Shown: positions 62,348 through 64,000 of the stretch, one piece after another | Layout of the letters: every line of letters starts with the position of its first letter | How positions within the stretch are numbered: the first letter of the stretch is position 1 | Source of the DNA: Botryllus schlosseri | Lineage: Eukaryota | Direction of reading: 5' to 3' | NCBI GenBank assembly: GCA_051294905.1 | Contig: CM119372.1 | Location: 26,042,001-26,106,000 of the forward strand | DNA: 64,000 nucleotides | Position numbers and translations under genes: made by a program | Notes under the pieces: model-generated | Told to the model about the DNA's origin: nothing | The model's input: the letters and a program-made list of their open reading frames with translations, nothing else | Database searches by the model: none

Positions 62348-62798
62348 AAATTTACCTGACACAATTCCAATTGCGCAGATAGAAAATAGTATTTTGGTAA
62401 TTTGTGATTATCCATATTGAATTAAGCCTATGGAGTTCTCGATTACAGTCAAAAATAAATAATCATTAATTTCGATTCTAGAGGTAGACTGTATATATCT
62501 CGTAATTTCAATTTGCCTGACATAAATCAAACTGGGTGTTAGAAAAAGCGAAAGTAGAACATATTTTCTGCGGTCTAGAAAACCGATTAGAGGAATATGA
62601 TGCATAGGAAAATTTGAAAACGTCATATCGTATGTTACTCAGCATCTGTTGATATACTAGACGGCGGAATGGCGTTGTAGTAAAAATGCAAAATGCAATG
62701 ATGAGCAAAGGTTTTGATAAATCACATTATACTGGTTGCCAACATCATATTATCGAGTCATAAATCAGATATCATAGTTATGCAATCCAACGTCTTGA

Positions 62799-64000
62799 GC
62801 AGGGGTGGGCAAACTACGGCCCGCTACGCCGTTCTGTGCGGCCCGCGAGAGTCCAAAGAAACTTTTTAAAAAATTTGATAAAATGAGTACTAAAAATCGA
62901 ATTAATGCATGGACTTGATTAACTTTTTCTTAATATATTTCACCATGATAATTCTAAGACAGTTGTTTTCAAACTGGTGGGCGCGCCCTTCTTGGGGAGA
63001 GAGAGAAAGAGAGATGATATTCTTTTTCGCCTGCACCATCGAGATGCTTTTGACGACGGAGTTGCGATACGGCCCCATGAGGTCATCTAGTCTGCGCCCC
63101 CGTTTTTTTTTCTCCTCCATGCTATCCGAGATTGCTGAGCGCCTAGCAGGATAGCTGCGGATACCAATTTTCGAGTCTTTTGTATGACCCGGCCGGGGAT
63201 CGAACCCACGACCTACCGCTCGAGAAGCCGGACGCATAACCATTACACTATCTCGCTCGGTGGGGGCGTGAAAGCATCTGAAGATGGGCACGAAGCTGAG
63301 GTAAACTGAAAAAAAATTTCGCGCTCGGCGCGATTTTAATCCAATTCATAGTTATTGCTATGTATTTAGTCTGAATTACATATTTGAAAATCTCTCATCC
63401 ACAGTCGTAACCTTCCATGGCATCAAAACCCGTTAGGTTTGCTAGCATCCTGTTTGCGTTTTGTGATATGACGGTGAGGGGGGCGCGAAATCTCTGACCA
63501 TCATACGGGGGCGGGGCGTGTCTTAAAAAGTTTGAGAACCACTGATCCAAGGTAAATACTTAATATCACAGCGGGATAGCTGCAACGAGATTGACATAAT
63601 TTGGATCACCAGTGGGATTTCAGATTGGCCACTTCATTTTCATTTATTTCAGTGATATGCTTATAAAAAACGATTCGGGCGTGTCTTAGGTAGATTCGTT
63701 GTCTGTATGCGTAGAATGGGGGTATTTATATTTTATCTACACATAGTAGAAGCGTGTTTGAAGCTAACTGGTTATGATGCTGTCAGCATTGTGTGTCCTG
63801 GAACTGAGCCAAAAGTAGAATTCGAAAAATCTATGAACAGATCGCTGCTCACAGATTTATATTTCAATCCTGTTCTAAGAATCGGGCCAACCGACTTTCA
63901 ACTCTATAGTTTTAAAAAATTGGTTATTGAGGTCCGCCAGCCTATGAAATCTCGCCACTATATGTTTCTAACGCATGTACGATATCATCAAAGCAATATT
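62799..64000. mobile_element. hAT MITE running off the window, with a nested MITE (~62960-63544) and SINE
   Basis: Starts CAGGGGTGGGCAAAC; similar to 45160-46956. Confidence 0.65.
62997..63260 (-). mobile_element. SINE family A, near full length
   Basis: A-box TAGTGTAATGG, B-box GGTTCGATCC, central CATACAAAAGACTCGAAAATTGGTATCCGCAGC..., (TC)n tail. Confidence 0.8.

Noticed and set aside
61405..62708. Candidate 5' exons of the LRR gene
   Set aside because: Donor-like sites exist (near 61408 and 62357), but no frame gave a convincing signal peptide or LRR-NT.
62902..63291. 129-aa ORF
   Set aside because: It reads through SINE and MITE sequence; not a protein.

Overview
AT-rich, repeat-dense animal genomic DNA with spliceosomal GT-AG introns. 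It is probably a marine invertebrate, but the taxon cannot be fixed from this sequence. Two host genes are partly readable, both on the minus strand: a multi-exon LRR/LRR-CT/transmembrane receptor with no TIR domain (53280-~60939, 5' end unresolved), and a signal-peptide + thyroglobulin type-1 + Thr-rich protein (33130-28808, 3' end unresolved). The rest is mostly nested mobile DNA: many non-autonomous hAT MITEs with 8-bp TSDs, tRNA-derived SINEs, a THAP/YqaJ (ISL2EU/IS4EU-like) relic, three Penelope-like (GIY-YIG) 3' fragments, and a Ty3/Gypsy element with intact gag and pol but one LTR. The most notable signals are three. (1) Minimal type I hammerhead ribozymes with a loop-II pseudoknot occur in two different Penelope families with co-varying helices, and one pair sits back-to-back in a 255-bp-arm palindrome. 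(2) Gypsy gag and pol are in the same frame, separated only by a UGA-CUA readthrough-type stop, and the primer site is tRNA-Trp-like. (3) A DNA transposon has long TIRs that each carry a putative promoter and a THAP-coding start pointing inward. All calls were made by eye; no searches or folding programs were run.
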